DNA from: a virus
Taxonomy: Duplodnaviria; Caudoviricetes
DNA: 45,900 nucleotides
Virus record (IMG/VR): IMGVR_UViG_3300037423_001962
Span: 1-45,900 of that record
Strand: one strand, 5' to 3'
Below are positions 44,895-45,900 of this stretch, in pieces. Numbering within the stretch: the first letter of the stretch is position 1; each line of letters starts with the position of its first letter. Both the position numbers and the translations under genes were made by a program. The notes beneath the pieces are model-generated. The model saw only the letters and a program-made list of their open reading frames with translations, had not been told where the DNA came from and made no database searches.

Positions 44895-44940
44895 GTTTTC
44901 GCCTCCTTAAGTGTGCCGCGTCATTGACTGCGGGGCATAT

Positions 44941-45005
44941 TGCCGACCGTCGCGGATAGCCTCCGCTAGGTTTCGACCCATTGCCGTTGGGTCATCGTCA
45001 GGGCG
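44941..45005 (-). ncRNA. Type I hammerhead ribozyme HH-C (cleavage between 44945 and 44944)
   Basis: CGCC CUGACGAU GACCCA-acggcaa-UGGGUC GAAA CC-ua-GCGGA-ggcua-UCCGC-gac-GG UC^ GGC; extra U after core, short stem I. Confidence 0.87.
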
Positions 45006-45006
45006 T

Positions 45007-45348
45007 TTACTCAACTTCTAGCAACAACAATAAACGGGATTTTTTATCGTTTAAACACAGTTCTAAAACTTCGTCGGCGTACTGTTGTGCTAATTGTTCC
45101 AACTTTTCGATATAATCGCTAATTGGCATGTATTCTGCGAGTTTGTCGTCATACACAAGCTGGCGTTCTGCAGCGGTTGCACAGTATCCAATTTCGTAAA
45201 CGTACCATCCTTGCGAGTCTTTCGATAATTCAACGTATCCGTAGCCGTGTTTTGACCCTTCGAACTCAAACGTAAAATGAGCGGCTCTTACATTCTCCTG
45301 GTAAACTCCACCTTGATATTCGATATTGATGATTTTCATATGTATCAC
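45007..45348 (-). CDS. Hypothetical protein, divergent C-terminal RL motif family
   Basis: Ends VLELCLNDKKSRLLLLLEVE; first gene of the ribozyme operon. Confidence 0.7.
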   Translation of the reverse strand: MIHMKIINIEYQGGVYQENVRAAHFTFEFEGSKHGYGYVELSKDSQGWYVYEIGYCATAAERQLVYDDKLAEYMPISDYIEKLEQLAQQYADEVLELCLNDKKSRLLLLLEVE

Positions 45349-45430
45349 TCTCCCTTTTAATGTTATTTGTATTTGTTGAAACGTGTTCGCAACGTTTATT
45401 TTTTAAGGAACTTTTGTTCCCTGCACTTTC

Positions 45431-45458
45431 TTTATACTTGAAATTTTTACAATGTCAA
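45431..45458 (-). promoter_or_regulatory. Putative host sigma-A promoter of the small-gene operon
   Basis: TTGACA-N16-TATAAA with A-rich upstream tract. Confidence 0.55.
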
Positions 45459-45694
45459 ACATTTTGTGTTTTTTGTTTTGTGTTCATTTATTATCTACCT
45501 TATATAACGACTGTTTCCTTTTTTTCTTTAGGAATATTTTTAAAAAAGATTTTTACAAATCTTATAAAGGTGCATCACCAAAGGGTTTGTGCATCTAAAA
45601 ATATTTTTAAACAGTTACTAACAGTAATTAACAGTAAAAAATATCTATTACTAATTATTACTAACTACATATATTATTTAATAGATATCTAGCG

Positions 45695-45800
45695 ATGGGT
45701 AAAAATTTACTCATGGGTAAGAATTTACTCATCCCATATATATAATATATCTTTATTCTTTAATAACTAAATAAATAGGGAATGAGTAAAAACATACCCA
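45695..45800. repeat. 18-bp quasi-palindromic repeats ATGGGTAAnnnTTTACTC in AT-rich DNA (second origin candidate)
   Basis: Tandem copies 45695-45712 and 45713-45730, inverted variant 45784-45800, matching copy inside initiator gene at 34499-34516. Confidence 0.7.
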
Positions 45801-45900
45801 ACGTTTAAAACGTGATCCAAATAAAGCGGGGTTAAATTTTTAAGGTGGCAGGGGGTCTCGTTAGTGCTGGCGTTTGAATGCCTTTTTTTTTCTGGGGTGG

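Noticed and set aside
44200-45010. tRNA genes or simple terminators as the explanation for the GC-rich intergenic hairpins
   Set aside because: No T-loop/D-loop/CCA pattern and no U-tracts; the hammerhead core explains them fully
45360-45692. 110-aa plus-strand ORF
   Set aside because: Low-complexity translation of AT-rich promoter/origin DNA, no RBS

Overview
The window is part of a Bacillota (Bacillales-like RBSs) tailed-phage genome that also carries plasmid maintenance functions, i.e. most likely a phage-plasmid. 1-11.9 kb (+ strand) holds the end of a siphovirus tail module (tail tube, frameshifting chaperone, tape measure, hub, fibre) and a lysis cassette with a two-catalytic-domain endolysin. 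11.9-35 kb (mostly - strand) holds nucleotide metabolism (thyX, dut, speD, phoH, nrdA/nrdB) and a complete replisome (PolA-type polymerase, SSB, primase, DnaB, DnaC-like loader, initiator), plus RusA, a Cas4-like nuclease and a phage sigma factor. 35-41 kb holds a serine recombinase, a ParA + ribbon-helix-helix partition pair, a Rep-like gene with 4 iterons and AT-rich repeats. 41-45.9 kb is an early-type region of small genes and a second candidate origin. Main observations made by eye: (1) three type I hammerhead ribozymes punctuate the small-gene operon at 44.2-45.0 kb, each directly at a stop codon, and each leaves a new 5' end that can refold into a hairpin; (2) a dispersed family of about 8-12 divergent small proteins shares a C-terminal HP-x-[FIL]-RL-hydrophobic motif; (3) eight copies of GGGACA-N16-CGGATA define a probable phage-sigma regulon; (4) there appear to be two origin/initiator systems. 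All calls come from manual motif recognition; no database searches or folding computations were run.
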